A DNA stretch of 32,000 bases, from assembly GCA_048882505.1 (NCBI GenBank), contig JBHLRO010000021.1:34995-66994 (forward strand), written 5' to 3'. The notes below the pieces were generated by a model that ran no database searches, was not told where the DNA came from, and saw nothing but the letters and a program-made list of their open reading frames with translations. The position numbers and the translations under genes were made by a program. This document shows, piece by piece, positions 9,179 to 19,279 of this stretch (position 1 is the stretch's first letter; the number at the start of each line of letters is the position of its first letter). Source of the stretch: Candidatus Thorarchaeota archaeon. Lineage in GTDB: Archaea > Asgardarchaeota > Heimdallarchaeia > Hodarchaeales > Hodarchaeaceae.

Positions 9179-10221
9179 GTAGGCAGCCCCTTGTCTTTGT
9201 ATAATTCTTCTATAATATCTTCTAAGTCTGCATCTGCGATTTGTATGTCAAGAATCCGGTCTACTCGGGAAACAAGGTTTGGAATCAGATCATCTAGGTC
9301 TAGGGCTTCAGTATTGAATTCAATCGTGATTGAATTATCCAATCCATTAAGTGAATCGAGAGGGCCTCCTTCTTGATTAATTACTCGGGCGATGGTAGAT
9401 AAACCCTTCAAATATTGGATGAGTTTTGAAATTGGTTTTTTTTCAACTCGAAACGTGAATCGCAGAAGTTTTTCCCTTTTCAATACCGTAGCTAATGTTT
9501 TGGTTGGCCCATCGTAACGGATTTGTCCTTTCAAAAGTAAAATTGCCCTAAAGCAAATCTGTTCAATATCCCGGACATTGTGTGAACACAGAACAACTGT
9601 CGTTCCATCTTCCCTGTTCCGTTCATTGATGAATTCTCTTATTCGTCTGGCTGCCACGATATCTAAACCGATAGTAGGTTCATCTAGAAACACGACAGGG
9701 GGATTATGAATGAGGGAAGCGACTAACTCGCAGCGCATACGTTCTCCTAACGACAATCTCCTTGGCTGTCGGTTCAGAAAAGGTTTTATTTCCAGTACAT
9801 CAATGAATTCTTCTAACCGTGTCTTAAAGGTTTGAGTATCTAAATCATAAATATCCCTATACAATCGAAACGATTCAATTACCGGAATGTGTTTCCAAAG
9901 AAGGGATCTATGTCCAAATACAACGCCAAATCGATAAGCGGTCCGATATCGTTCATGTTGCGGATCTAGTCCGTCCACCCAAGCTTTCCCCTTATCGGTT
10001 TGGATTATCCCGGTTAAGATCTTAATTATTGTACTTTTCCCCGCGCCATTGGGACCAAGAATGGTAACCTTTTCACCTGGTTTAATTCTGAAAGATACAT
10101 CATCTAATGCTTTTGTGTAATTATAATCCCGACGAAGGTACGCACGGAGCCGGGCAAGCGCATTGGGGTTCCCTGCCAAACGACGGTATGTTTTCTTTAG
10201 ATTGCGTACCTCGACAGACAT
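9175..10221 (-). CDS. ABC exporter ATP-binding subunit
   Basis: Walker A GPNGAGKST, signature LSLGERMR, Walker B VVFLDEPT, H-loop CSHN. Likely start is ATG 10221 (MSVEVRNL). Confidence 0.95.
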   Translation of the reverse strand: MSVEVRNLKKTYRRLAGNPNALARLRAYLRRDYNYTKALDDVSFRIKPGEKVTILGPNGAGKSTIIKILTGIIQTDKGKAWVDGLDPQHERYRTAYRFGVVFGHRSLLWKHIPVIESFRLYRDIYDLDTQTFKTRLEEFIDVLEIKPFLNRQPRRLSLGERMRCELVASLIHNPPVVFLDEPTIGLDIVAARRIREFINERNREDGTTVVLCSHNVRDIEQICFRAILLLKGQIRYDGPTKTLATVLKREKLLRFTFRVEKKPISKLIQYLKGLSTIARVINQEGGPLDSLNGLDNSITIEFNTEALDLDDLIPNLVSRVDRILDIQIADADLEDIIEELYKDKGLPT

Positions 10222-10339
10222 AAGACGTCCCAACAACACTTTTCATGATGATTGGTAATTGGAAAATCAATTAATATCGAAATAGGGAAGTTTTTTTAAT
10301 ACCTAAATAGGATATCATTTTGGTAAACAATCCCCGTGC

Positions 10340-11047
10340 ATGGAAATGCCTCGAGAAAAGCCTAAACAGACGATTAATAGGACATTTCATGAATATTCAG
10401 AAGTAGAATGGGAGTTATTCGTTTCGTTTCAAGAAAACGCTTTGGAAATCTTGATAGAGTTGGAGAAGAATGGTTTAACTGGAGGATTTGTTCATGGAAG
10501 TGTTGCTCGGGGCGACGTAAAGGCGACGTCCGATATAGATATCTATTTACCTCTTGTAATTCCGTCCTTTTTGATAGATCTTCTCCCGACCTTCCGAAAT
10601 GCAGAGCGTCGGATCATGATGGCCACTCCCAATTCCGTCATACGGGGAGTCCTCTCTCGAAATGACAATGTTTCGATCAGTTTTCCTTTGACGGTAGCGA
10701 ATGAACGAGACATAGAGTTTTTTCGGTTCTCAGGCCTTGCGAATCGGCTTCAACTTCAAAACCAACAACGTACACCAGGAGTCACGAAAAAACTTATACT
10801 AATTGAACCTGAAGGAAATGGTTATTGGCAAACGCCGGTATTGGAGGATAAAAAAAGGGTTGGTCAGTTACTAGGTATATCTCAGCGTATGATCGACGAA
10901 AGAGTTCGAGTTCTTAAAAGAAGAGATAGAATCGGACGAACAGGGGTGTTTATAAATGTTCAAATTCAACCTGACGAGAATTATGAGCAAGCACTAAAAA
11001 AACTGACAGATCGGAACCCAATCGTAAGACGTGCCCTTAGATCATAA
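10340..11047 (+). CDS. Predicted nucleotidyltransferase (Pol-beta superfamily, archaeal type with C-terminal extension)
   Basis: FVHGSVARGDVKATSDIDIY (GS...DxD motif). C-terminal RVRVLKRRDRIGRTGVF as in a conserved archaeal family. Confidence 0.85.
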   Translation: MEMPREKPKQTINRTFHEYSEVEWELFVSFQENALEILIELEKNGLTGGFVHGSVARGDVKATSDIDIYLPLVIPSFLIDLLPTFRNAERRIMMATPNSVIRGVLSRNDNVSISFPLTVANERDIEFFRFSGLANRLQLQNQQRTPGVTKKLILIEPEGNGYWQTPVLEDKKRVGQLLGISQRMIDERVRVLKRRDRIGRTGVFINVQIQPDENYEQALKKLTDRNPIVRRALRS

Positions 11048-11052
11048 ACAAA

Positions 11053-11451
11053 TCAGGACCCTGTGACTTTATGGGGTTTAATCTTGTATATGATACGTTG
11101 TTCACTAGGAGATAGATTTTGATATTTGGGTGTTCCCATGTATTTTTTGGCGAGTGCATTAATGTGAGCAACCGCCCCTTCAATCGTCCATTCAGTAACC
11201 TCTCCTCGAACCAACAGCCTAAAATATGGATTATCTGGATCAAGAATAGAAAGGGCTACTCGGGGATCACGCTTCATATTCCGGTCTTTTTGCCGGCCTA
11301 CCGCCGTATTGATCCAAATCAGGCCACTATCAAAACTAAGCCAGACGGGGGAAACCTGTGGAGACCCATTGGGCATTATTGTGGAAAGATGAGCAAATAC
11401 CTTCTTGTTTAGGAGTGGTTCAAACGGTTCGAGCAAATTCCTTGAGGACAT
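11053..11451 (-). CDS. PPOX-class (pyridoxamine oxidase-like) probable F420-dependent oxidoreductase
   Basis: AHLSTIMPNGSPQVSPVW...GRQKDRNMKRDPRVALSILDPDNPY. Confidence 0.88.
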   Translation of the reverse strand: MSSRNLLEPFEPLLNKKVFAHLSTIMPNGSPQVSPVWLSFDSGLIWINTAVGRQKDRNMKRDPRVALSILDPDNPYFRLLVRGEVTEWTIEGAVAHINALAKKYMGTPKYQNLSPSEQRIIYKIKPHKVTGS

Positions 11452-11514
11452 CTTTAATTACCTATTTGGTCTTCTGTTACTTGCTGTTTTAAAGCGTTAT
11501 ATTCCGAAGACAGC

Positions 11515-12393
11515 ATGAATAGTTATGAAATCCGTAATATGTTAAAGAGGAATCTAATGCTTCCTAGCAAAGAAATCGATAGACGATATCTACTGAGAAA
11601 TTTTGATGGCCAGAAGGTTTTCATTATTTCTGATCTCCATCTAGGCTTCGAGGAGGAGTGGACGGAAAAAGGATTAAATACGCGTCCCCCCAGTTGGACA
11701 TATTCTGTGATCGATACCTTATATGCTGATTTAATCCAAGCTAAACCGGACTTAATCCTAATTCTTGGCGATTTTGAACACAGTTTCCCTCATTTTAGGA
11801 AAAAAAAAGGCTGGGTATCAAACAAATGGCAGAATGAACGGATCCTGGAATATCTCCTGGAAAAGATTAAGTCTTTGGCATTTTTAAAGAAAATTATGTT
11901 GATAAGAGGGAACCAAGATACTATCCTCTTAAAGTCCCTAGAACCTCATCTGGATTTGATTCCCTCCAAAGGTGCAGCTCTATTCGACAATGAACTGGGT
12001 GCTTTTCATGGCCATGTGGCTCCCGATCCTAAGATCTTATTTACCTCAGAAATCGTTCTGGGTCATATTCATCCTTCTATTGAATTAACAGATGAATTAG
12101 GAATTAACCATAAACTTCCAGTATTTGCCAAGCTGACTCTTCCACGGGAAGAACTTCTTAACATCTTTAAATTTCCTGTTGACTTGGAGGATGACGTGGG
12201 TTTAATCGATACTGTTCAGATAACTATTTTACCCGCATACAATCCGTTTTTGGGCGGATTTACATTAAATAAACCGAAAAAACGAGTATCTACCAGACCT
12301 TCGTTTCCCGTTCTCCGCCAGGTTTTAGAGCACCCCAATTTACGCGTCCAAATGACAAATGGGATTGATTTAGGCGAGCTCCATAATTTTTAG
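11515..12393 (+). CDS. Calcineurin-like metallophosphoesterase (ICC-like, Lhr-associated type)
   Basis: IISDLHLG, LGDFEH, RGNQD, FHGH, LGHIHP, ILPAYN motifs. Confidence 0.88.
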   Translation: MNSYEIRNMLKRNLMLPSKEIDRRYLLRNFDGQKVFIISDLHLGFEEEWTEKGLNTRPPSWTYSVIDTLYADLIQAKPDLILILGDFEHSFPHFRKKKGWVSNKWQNERILEYLLEKIKSLAFLKKIMLIRGNQDTILLKSLEPHLDLIPSKGAALFDNELGAFHGHVAPDPKILFTSEIVLGHIHPSIELTDELGINHKLPVFAKLTLPREELLNIFKFPVDLEDDVGLIDTVQITILPAYNPFLGGFTLNKPKKRVSTRPSFPVLRQVLEHPNLRVQMTNGIDLGELHNF

Positions 12394-12407
12394 TGGGAAG
12401 CCTGCAA

Positions 12408-15272
12408 TTAGTCCCAATATTCTCTGGTACGAGCAAAATTTGCCTCAGCAGCATACATTAAAGCCAATAGATCCTCAGTGGTTTTTTGTGGAGATCGTAA
12501 AATTCGAACCGCGGTACGTGGCCCTATCCCCCTTCCTGCAAGTACAAAAGCTGCTCGTTTTCCAAAGGATAGAATTAAATCAGCCGATCTAGTTGCTGCA
12601 TCCAAATCCTTCTTTTCTTTGGGTGTTAACTTTTTGTTTTTGTCTATAGACCGCGATAAGAGCCCCTTGATCCCTGTTTTTTTCTGGTGGACAACAGCAA
12701 CAAACCGAGCGCGACATTGAGGACATTGAATATCTTCTTTCAGGGTCTCAATCCTTTGCACCTTTTCGAACTTGCATCCCGGGCGCATACAGACTAATCG
12801 AACCCAAGTGTTACGAATTCGTTTCTCCACCTTCTCCAAAATTAGATGAGAGGGTCTGATCTTTAAAATATTAGCTGAAATCGGTTGAGTAGCTGCGCGA
12901 GAGAGTGGAGTATCAAAGGTTCTAACACCGATTTCTTCTACTTGGAGGGTGCCAAGGTGAATATTTTGAAAGAAGTCTTCGACGACTTCAAGATCCAACA
13001 ATTCTGTTAATATTTCATTTACGGTTTCAATCCCGATAATGGTATCCTGATATCGGGATACAAGGAGTTTGGTCATCATGGGGGAGCTTTGCAGAGATTC
13101 AGAGATGGCCCCGAATCGCCTTGCAACGTGCTGTAGCCGCCATGCAAAGAGCTCACTGCTTTTCAATCTATGTTCCAGTAATGGTCGCAAATGTTTTGGG
13201 TCTATCTCCTCGATTATCGGTCTTATTTTGGCAGGGCGGGGGAGTGATAAGAATACTGAATAGGGATCAGTACGATATTCAACAGAATACCCTTGTCTAG
13301 CTCCTATGACAGTCGATAGAACGATACCTAGCGTGTCATTTGCCCGCGATCCTAGAAACGTATGTAATACCATCTGGCGTCCAGCCGTTTCAATGTAGAT
13401 TCTGTTTCTTGAGGGGACAACATTCGAATCCCTATGTTCTCTGATTAATCGGTTCAGTTCCTGACGAATGTGGCGTGGTTCTCCTTGGAGGAAAGCATGA
13501 TCTGAAAATAACTCATACGTGGTTTCTGCTACCAGCAATGAAACAGGGATTAATTCCCCCTCCCAGGTGGGAAGCGTGGCATCTGTGGCTCTGACTTGGC
13601 GCACTTCGATTCGATCGTCTTTTATTGCAAGCAGCTCCCATGCTAGACCATTCAATACGAATACAGCTCCCTTCTCGCCTCGGGTTGAGACAAAGCCTTC
13701 ATCCAATTGCCCGACCCTACTACGGGTTCCCACATCAACTACAGTAAAGTTTTTGATAGATGGTATTGTACTGAGATTGGAATAGTAATAACGATAGCTT
13801 TTTCTCTTCGCTTTGAGGGAAATCACTCCATTGTCAGATTTGTTGATATAAAAGAAGTGGTTGTCTCTTCCATACTCTAGGAGTGGGATTAAATCCGTTG
13901 GCGTTAAGTGTTGGTAAGGGTTTGCCCCTGTTACAATTTTGAGGATTTCTTTGACCGTCACCTCCCCGAAATCCAAAAGAATCCCTATTATCGCATGAAA
14001 GAGAACGTCCCAGGAACCATGCGTCAGGACACGAGTTGGTTCTACTGATCCTTCCATCGCCAATCGCTTTATGAAGAATGCTTCCATAAGATCTCTGGGT
14101 GTTTCCGCGATTATTATCCCCCGACTTATCGCAGCCAGCTGATGGCCCGCCCGACCCACTCGTTGAAGAAGCGTCTCGATGCGACGGGGACTCATATATT
14201 GGATAACGAGACTGATAGATCCTATATCAATGCCCAGTTCTAGTGAGGAGGTAGCGATGATAAGATCAAGTTTGCCATCTCTCACCTCCGCCTCCGCATG
14301 TAATCTAGATTCGGCTGACAAACTCGAATGATGCACCTCGAACCTGATTTTCTTTTCTGAAAAGTCTGAGGCTATTTGTTCATTGTACCGATTAAAACGA
14401 TATCCTAAAACTTCCGCCTGCTGACGGGTATTTGTAAACAATAGAACAGTTTCGTCTTCCGAAAGTATAGTCTCAACCAGACCCATAAACCGAATAGCCG
14501 CTTCCTCGGTTGTATGAAGTTCCTTTGCAAGGTGTTCTGTGTCATGAGATGTGGAACTAGTAGGATATTCAAGTGAAATCTGTATTACCTTACTCGAGGG
14601 GATCTGAACAAGCTTTCCTGATGGATTATTTGGAGACATGAACTCTAAAACATCCTGCGGGGTTCCTACTGTAGCTGATAATCCGATTCGCTGAACTGGA
14701 TGACCAACACGATGAACAAGCCGTTCTAGGGCCAGGGAAAGCTGCACTCCCCGTTTTGTACCAACCAACTCGTGAATTTCATCAATAACCAAAGTTCGTA
14801 CATGTTTTAGATGTTCCCGACCGAAAATCTTGGCTGGGAGGGCAGCCTGAAATAGTTCAGGAGTCATGATAAGCAGCTGAGGCGGATTTTTCGTTTGACG
14901 ATTGCGTTCACTTTGAGGGGTATCGCCATGCCGTACAGCGATGGATACGCCAAGCTTCTTGCCAAGCATGGGCAGAACTCGTCTGAAAATATCACGATTA
15001 AGGGCCTTGAGTGGAGTCACCACTACGGTAGAAATCGGATGAAACTCTTCCGTTAGGATCCTATGGAGGCAGGCAAGAATAGTTCCAAATGTTTTTCCCG
15101 ATCCTGTTGAAGCAACAACCAAAACGTCTTCTTCTTGAATGATCGCCTCTAAATATTCCAATTGACCTGGAGTGGGGGCGAATCCAAGTTCTTCCAGCAC
15201 GGATTGCAGACGGTGGTCTAGAAGATCGAAAGATTCACTTTGATTTTTCGTGAACAATATGGTAACAACCAT
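12408..15272 (-). CDS. lhr: Lhr-family SF2 DEAD/H helicase (archaeal long form with C-terminal Zn motif)
   Basis: STGSGKT, SPLKAL-like TPLKALNRD, RHGDT, DEIHE, SAT, HHSSLS, ATSSLELGID, QRVGRAGH, WEGE. C-terminal CxxxxC...CPQC and GRGIGPRTA. Confidence 0.93.
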   Translation of the reverse strand: MVVTILFTKNQSESFDLLDHRLQSVLEELGFAPTPGQLEYLEAIIQEEDVLVVASTGSGKTFGTILACLHRILTEEFHPISTVVVTPLKALNRDIFRRVLPMLGKKLGVSIAVRHGDTPQSERNRQTKNPPQLLIMTPELFQAALPAKIFGREHLKHVRTLVIDEIHELVGTKRGVQLSLALERLVHRVGHPVQRIGLSATVGTPQDVLEFMSPNNPSGKLVQIPSSKVIQISLEYPTSSTSHDTEHLAKELHTTEEAAIRFMGLVETILSEDETVLLFTNTRQQAEVLGYRFNRYNEQIASDFSEKKIRFEVHHSSLSAESRLHAEAEVRDGKLDLIIATSSLELGIDIGSISLVIQYMSPRRIETLLQRVGRAGHQLAAISRGIIIAETPRDLMEAFFIKRLAMEGSVEPTRVLTHGSWDVLFHAIIGILLDFGEVTVKEILKIVTGANPYQHLTPTDLIPLLEYGRDNHFFYINKSDNGVISLKAKRKSYRYYYSNLSTIPSIKNFTVVDVGTRSRVGQLDEGFVSTRGEKGAVFVLNGLAWELLAIKDDRIEVRQVRATDATLPTWEGELIPVSLLVAETTYELFSDHAFLQGEPRHIRQELNRLIREHRDSNVVPSRNRIYIETAGRQMVLHTFLGSRANDTLGIVLSTVIGARQGYSVEYRTDPYSVFLSLPRPAKIRPIIEEIDPKHLRPLLEHRLKSSELFAWRLQHVARRFGAISESLQSSPMMTKLLVSRYQDTIIGIETVNEILTELLDLEVVEDFFQNIHLGTLQVEEIGVRTFDTPLSRAATQPISANILKIRPSHLILEKVEKRIRNTWVRLVCMRPGCKFEKVQRIETLKEDIQCPQCRARFVAVVHQKKTGIKGLLSRSIDKNKKLTPKEKKDLDAATRSADLILSFGKRAAFVLAGRGIGPRTAVRILRSPQKTTEDLLALMYAAEANFARTREYWD

Positions 15273-15310
15273 AAACGATGTCTGCAGGATTGCTAATTTA
15301 GGGAAATTGA

Positions 15311-16288
15311 ATGGTGATCATTCGTACTTTAAGCGTGATAGCCTCTTCTAATATGCTGATTTCAGGGGTGGGGCTTGTATTTTACTGTGCACGGACAATT
15401 CAATACCGGGATTTTAAGCGGAAACGGCAGGAATTTGGTGTCTATCTACTCTTTTACCTATTTGCTGTAGGGGCCAACATCGGTAATTGGCTTATCCTTA
15501 ATTTTATACCAATTTGGGGTAAAAATACTGAAATTATGTCGATCTTATACCGAATCACTGTAACTCTGGGAGGAATCAGTGGAGTAATCCTAGCTCTGAC
15601 TTTACGTTACGATTTCGCACCCAACTCATATTTGAGACGGTTCTGGCAACTCCTAATGTTCTTTGGAGTAATCGTGAATCTGCTTCCTTTGCTTCAACCT
15701 TTAAGAATTCAAGGGTTTTCCGACCAACTTCCGCTTTTCGATTATTCCCTAAGCGCTTTTGGGATGTATGGCATGACTTTTTTCATCCTCCTGGTTCTTT
15801 TTTGGTACGGTATACATACCTCAAGAGTCTATTTAATGCGTTACCGTTCACAATACGCCATTTCGGTTTTCCATTTCCTCTATCTTATCATCTCATTTGG
15901 TTCTTTGTTACTTATTTCTTTCATCGTCAGTTTGAATCTCATCCTTCCCATGACAAACCAGCTGGTTGCTCTGACTCTTACTCTTATCTCAACGGTAATC
16001 CTAGTTCATCCAACACTTCGATGGACCTATCTTTACTTCTATAATCGAAGGGTCGTCGAATTTGAACGAAATGCTTTGTTGGATGTCATTAACCATGACC
16101 TAACTAATATTGCCCACATTCTAAACCTGGTATGTGAAATGAGAGAGGCAGGATCATGGGATGATACCGTGATGGATTTATTGGTCACGCAAGTTGAACG
16201 AATGGATGAACTCATTCAAAAAGCTCGTAATTCTGTTCGTTCAGGCCTGATTGAAGATATCCAAACCTTAGTGCGGATAATGGTATGA
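15311..16288 (+). CDS. Multi-TM (about 7) membrane protein with C-terminal HisKA/DHp-like domain, no HATPase domain
   Basis: Hydrophobic segments over roughly aa 10-240, then ERNALLDVINHDLTNIAHILNL...LLVTQVERMDELIQKAR. Confidence 0.7.
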   Translation: MVIIRTLSVIASSNMLISGVGLVFYCARTIQYRDFKRKRQEFGVYLLFYLFAVGANIGNWLILNFIPIWGKNTEIMSILYRITVTLGGISGVILALTLRYDFAPNSYLRRFWQLLMFFGVIVNLLPLLQPLRIQGFSDQLPLFDYSLSAFGMYGMTFFILLVLFWYGIHTSRVYLMRYRSQYAISVFHFLYLIISFGSLLLISFIVSLNLILPMTNQLVALTLTLISTVILVHPTLRWTYLYFYNRRVVEFERNALLDVINHDLTNIAHILNLVCEMREAGSWDDTVMDLLVTQVERMDELIQKARNSVRSGLIEDIQTLVRIMV

Positions 16289-16289
16289 A

Positions 16290-16314
16290 TTTTCCATCGT
16301 GATCAGATGGAAAA
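16290..16314 (+). terminator. Perfect 9-bp inverted repeat (TTTTCCATC-gtgatca-GATGGAAAA) right after the stop at 16288
   Basis: Seen directly. A terminator or protein-binding role is inferred. Confidence 0.35.
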
Positions 16315-16434
16315 AGCAAAAATCACGCCCACGTTTTTGGCTTTTAAATAATCCAACAGACGATAGTTTCGTGATCGCGCCGTCAATCATATCATGAAAT
16401 CCAGTGTAAAATATCTAAAAGGGGATATCTGGCA

Positions 16435-17160
16435 TTGAATAGGATCGATAAAAGTACGAGAATCACTGTGATAACGGGAGCGGGTTTCTCCCAGGCATCA
16501 GGGGTGCCGACGTTCCGGGGTAAGGATGGCTTGTGGCGAAATTATGATGCATCTGAACTCGCAACTCCGAATGCATTTCGTAAAAATCCTGGATTGGTAT
16601 GGGAATGGTATCATTGGCGGATTAATCTTATTCTAAACGTAGAACCAAACCAGGCTCATCATGTGTTGGCAAGTTGGGAGAGGAAAGGGGGAGATATCTC
16701 TATCCTAACCCAAAATGTTGATGATTTGCACGAGCGCGCTGGTTCGCGTAACGTCATTCATCTACACGGGGAAATTCGAGAAAGTCGATGTCCAGAATGT
16801 GGCGATAGATCCCGATGGACATTAGAAACACTTGAAAAAACCAAACCAATCCCAGATTGCCTGCAATGTGGTTCAATTATCAGACCGAACGTCGTATGGT
16901 TCGGAGAAAGCCTGGATCCGTCAATAATTGAGGCTTGTTTGAAACGCCTATCCTCAACCGAGGTTCTAATCGTCGCAGGAACTTCGGGGGTCGTGTATCC
17001 CGTTGCAAATTTCCCCTACATTGCTCGACAAGAGAATCCAAATATAGAGATTTTCGAATTTAATATGGAACGTACACCTATTTCGGGTATCGCTACTCAA
17101 ACAATCTTAGGGCCAGTTGACGAAACTTTGGGGAGGTTTTTCACTATACTATCAAGATAA
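16435..17160 (+). CDS. cobB: NAD-dependent protein deacylase (sirtuin, CobB/class III)
   Basis: TGAGFSQASGVPTFRG, WYHWR (YxxR), TQNVDDLHERAG, HLHG, CPEC/CLQC, RPNVVWFGE, GTSGVVYP. Confidence 0.95.
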   Translation: MNRIDKSTRITVITGAGFSQASGVPTFRGKDGLWRNYDASELATPNAFRKNPGLVWEWYHWRINLILNVEPNQAHHVLASWERKGGDISILTQNVDDLHERAGSRNVIHLHGEIRESRCPECGDRSRWTLETLEKTKPIPDCLQCGSIIRPNVVWFGESLDPSIIEACLKRLSSTEVLIVAGTSGVVYPVANFPYIARQENPNIEIFEFNMERTPISGIATQTILGPVDETLGRFFTILSR

Positions 17161-17234
17161 ATATGATTAATGGGGACTTAAAGCAAGACGGTAAATTTGG
17201 CATCGTTGATGCTTTGGTCTAGTTGATCCAAGGC

Positions 17235-19076
17235 CTAAACGATTTTAGACAACCAATCGAGAATTTTACCATATGCCTCGATTTTGTTCTGTAATTTGGT
17301 TATTCCATGCCCTTCATCTGAAAAACGTAGAAGTTCCACTGGAATTCCCTTTTCTTTTAACTTCTCATGGATTTGTAGGGACTCAGTCAGAGGGACACGT
17401 TCATCGTTCTCTCCATGTACAATGAACAACGGAGCCATAATCTTATCAAGCTGATGGATTGGACTTATACGTCTTAGTGTCTCTAGATCTGTTTCAAGGC
17501 TTCCGTATTCAACTTCCCGAAGTTTCCGTCTCCATTTCGCGGTATTTTCCAAAAATGTAACGAAATTTGAAATACCCACAATGTCTACACCCGCTTTCCA
17601 TAGATTTGGGTACTCCGTCATGGCAGAAAGGACTGCGAAACCGCCGTAACTCCCCCCGATAATCGCAATGCGTGCGGCGTCCACCCGCGCTTCATTCTCA
17701 TTGACGTGTTTAACAAGATGTGCAATATCTTTAACGGAATCCAGTCGTTTCTCTATGTTATCCAAATCTAGGAACGTTCGACCATACCCAGAACTGCCAC
17801 GGATGTTAGGGGCAATCAAAGCAAAACCCCCTGAAATTAAAAATTGTGCAATTGGGAAGAAAGAGGGGCGAAATTGGGCTTCCGGACCGCCATGAACGAG
17901 TATTAACGCGGGCCACCCATTGGGAGGCATTTTTCCAAAAGGAACATGGATATAATATGGGATTCTAACTTGATCGAAGCTATAAAACTCCTGTAACGTG
18001 CTTACTGCAAATGATCGGGAATTAATTCCTGCGGTACTGGAATCGGTGGCTTGCCACAATTTACGAGATTGAATGTCCAAGATCCAAATGTTCGTTGGTT
18101 TATCTGTTGAGCTAAATGTAAAAGCTACTTGTTTCCCATCTGGACTAAGTGATATCCCCTTCTCAAATGAGCGGAGATCACCGTGCATAATGACTCCCTT
18201 ATAGGGCAGGGGAAGGCTCTGCAGCTTGACTCCCCCATTTATCGTGAATAATCCTTGATGTAAAGTGTTATATCCATCTTCGTTTAAGGTAAAGTAGACA
18301 AGGGGAGACTCGGGTATCCAAGCTGTACTTTCAGTCTCATAACTAATGTCTTCTTCTATAACATCAAGGGTTTCGAACTGTCCATCTAGTGAAAGGATAG
18401 CAAAGCGATTGTATTCGCTTTGGTGATCTGTTATGACCAGAAGATGATTGTTGTCTAACATTCGTACCGTCCTCCATCTTGTTTCCTTGGTTTTTGATAT
18501 TTGGACGGTTAGACTATTCAATCCTTTGGTTTCCACGTCAAAGAGGAAAATTTCTTGGTTGTTATTCCCATGATAGAGATCTAAAATCAATTGGTCTTCT
18601 TTTGTGTTCGCTCCCGTTGTTAAATATACACCTCCTTCGGGTTGAAAAAGAAGTTCCCCAGAATGGGTTTGTAGGGGAACTTCGTGACGATAAACGCCAA
18701 AGACGCTTTTGTCCTCTATGTTAGCAGAATAATAGAGATTTTTGCTCGTAAGAAAAGTTGGTCGGTGTTTGGCTTTTCGATCCTTGGTAACCCAAGTCAA
18801 TTCGGAAGAGTCGTTCAAGCACCCAATCTGAAAGTTCTCGTCACCCCGCGAGTCTTTGAGGAACATCAAAGATCCATCTGATAGGTACCGTGGATTTGTG
18901 CACCGATCAGCATCGAATACCTCACGATGAGGCCAAAGTAGCAGTTTTGGTTTAATTTCGACACTGAAAACTTGAAAATGCCCTGGTGCATCATATACAA
19001 AGGCGATTTTCTGTTGAGAAGGATGCCAAGCGGCGCCTCCCGCAGTTTCAATAGCTAAATATCTTTCGAATCCCAA
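17235..19076 (-). CDS. S9 prolyl oligopeptidase / acylaminoacyl peptidase family protein
   Basis: N-terminal beta-propeller-like region, VHGGPE, PNIRGSSGYG, GGSYGG (catalytic Ser), HGENDERVP (Asp), DEGHG (His). Confidence 0.93.
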   Translation of the reverse strand: MGFERYLAIETAGGAAWHPSQQKIAFVYDAPGHFQVFSVEIKPKLLLWPHREVFDADRCTNPRYLSDGSLMFLKDSRGDENFQIGCLNDSSELTWVTKDRKAKHRPTFLTSKNLYYSANIEDKSVFGVYRHEVPLQTHSGELLFQPEGGVYLTTGANTKEDQLILDLYHGNNNQEIFLFDVETKGLNSLTVQISKTKETRWRTVRMLDNNHLLVITDHQSEYNRFAILSLDGQFETLDVIEEDISYETESTAWIPESPLVYFTLNEDGYNTLHQGLFTINGGVKLQSLPLPYKGVIMHGDLRSFEKGISLSPDGKQVAFTFSSTDKPTNIWILDIQSRKLWQATDSSTAGINSRSFAVSTLQEFYSFDQVRIPYYIHVPFGKMPPNGWPALILVHGGPEAQFRPSFFPIAQFLISGGFALIAPNIRGSSGYGRTFLDLDNIEKRLDSVKDIAHLVKHVNENEARVDAARIAIIGGSYGGFAVLSAMTEYPNLWKAGVDIVGISNFVTFLENTAKWRRKLREVEYGSLETDLETLRRISPIHQLDKIMAPLFIVHGENDERVPLTESLQIHEKLKEKGIPVELLRFSDEGHGITKLQNKIEAYGKILDWLSKIV

Positions 19077-19279
19077 ATAAAATCACGTCTCGTCACGGGG
19101 AAAATTCATTCTTTCTGGAGTGCAGAACTAATCAAGACATTTTTAGCCTTTTTCAGAATTTCGCGTAATAACCTTACTCACCAAACTTATGTGATTATCC
19201 AAAGAGATTTAAACTGGAACCACCCCATCCTGATTATTGTCGTGTTTCGTAGCTATTTTATTTCAATAAGGTTAGTGGA

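Noticed and set aside
7054-17160. Macrodomain plus sirtuin as a SirTM-like ADP-ribosylation operon
   Set aside because: The genes are about 9 kb apart with unrelated genes between them, and the sirtuin looks like an ordinary class III deacylase.
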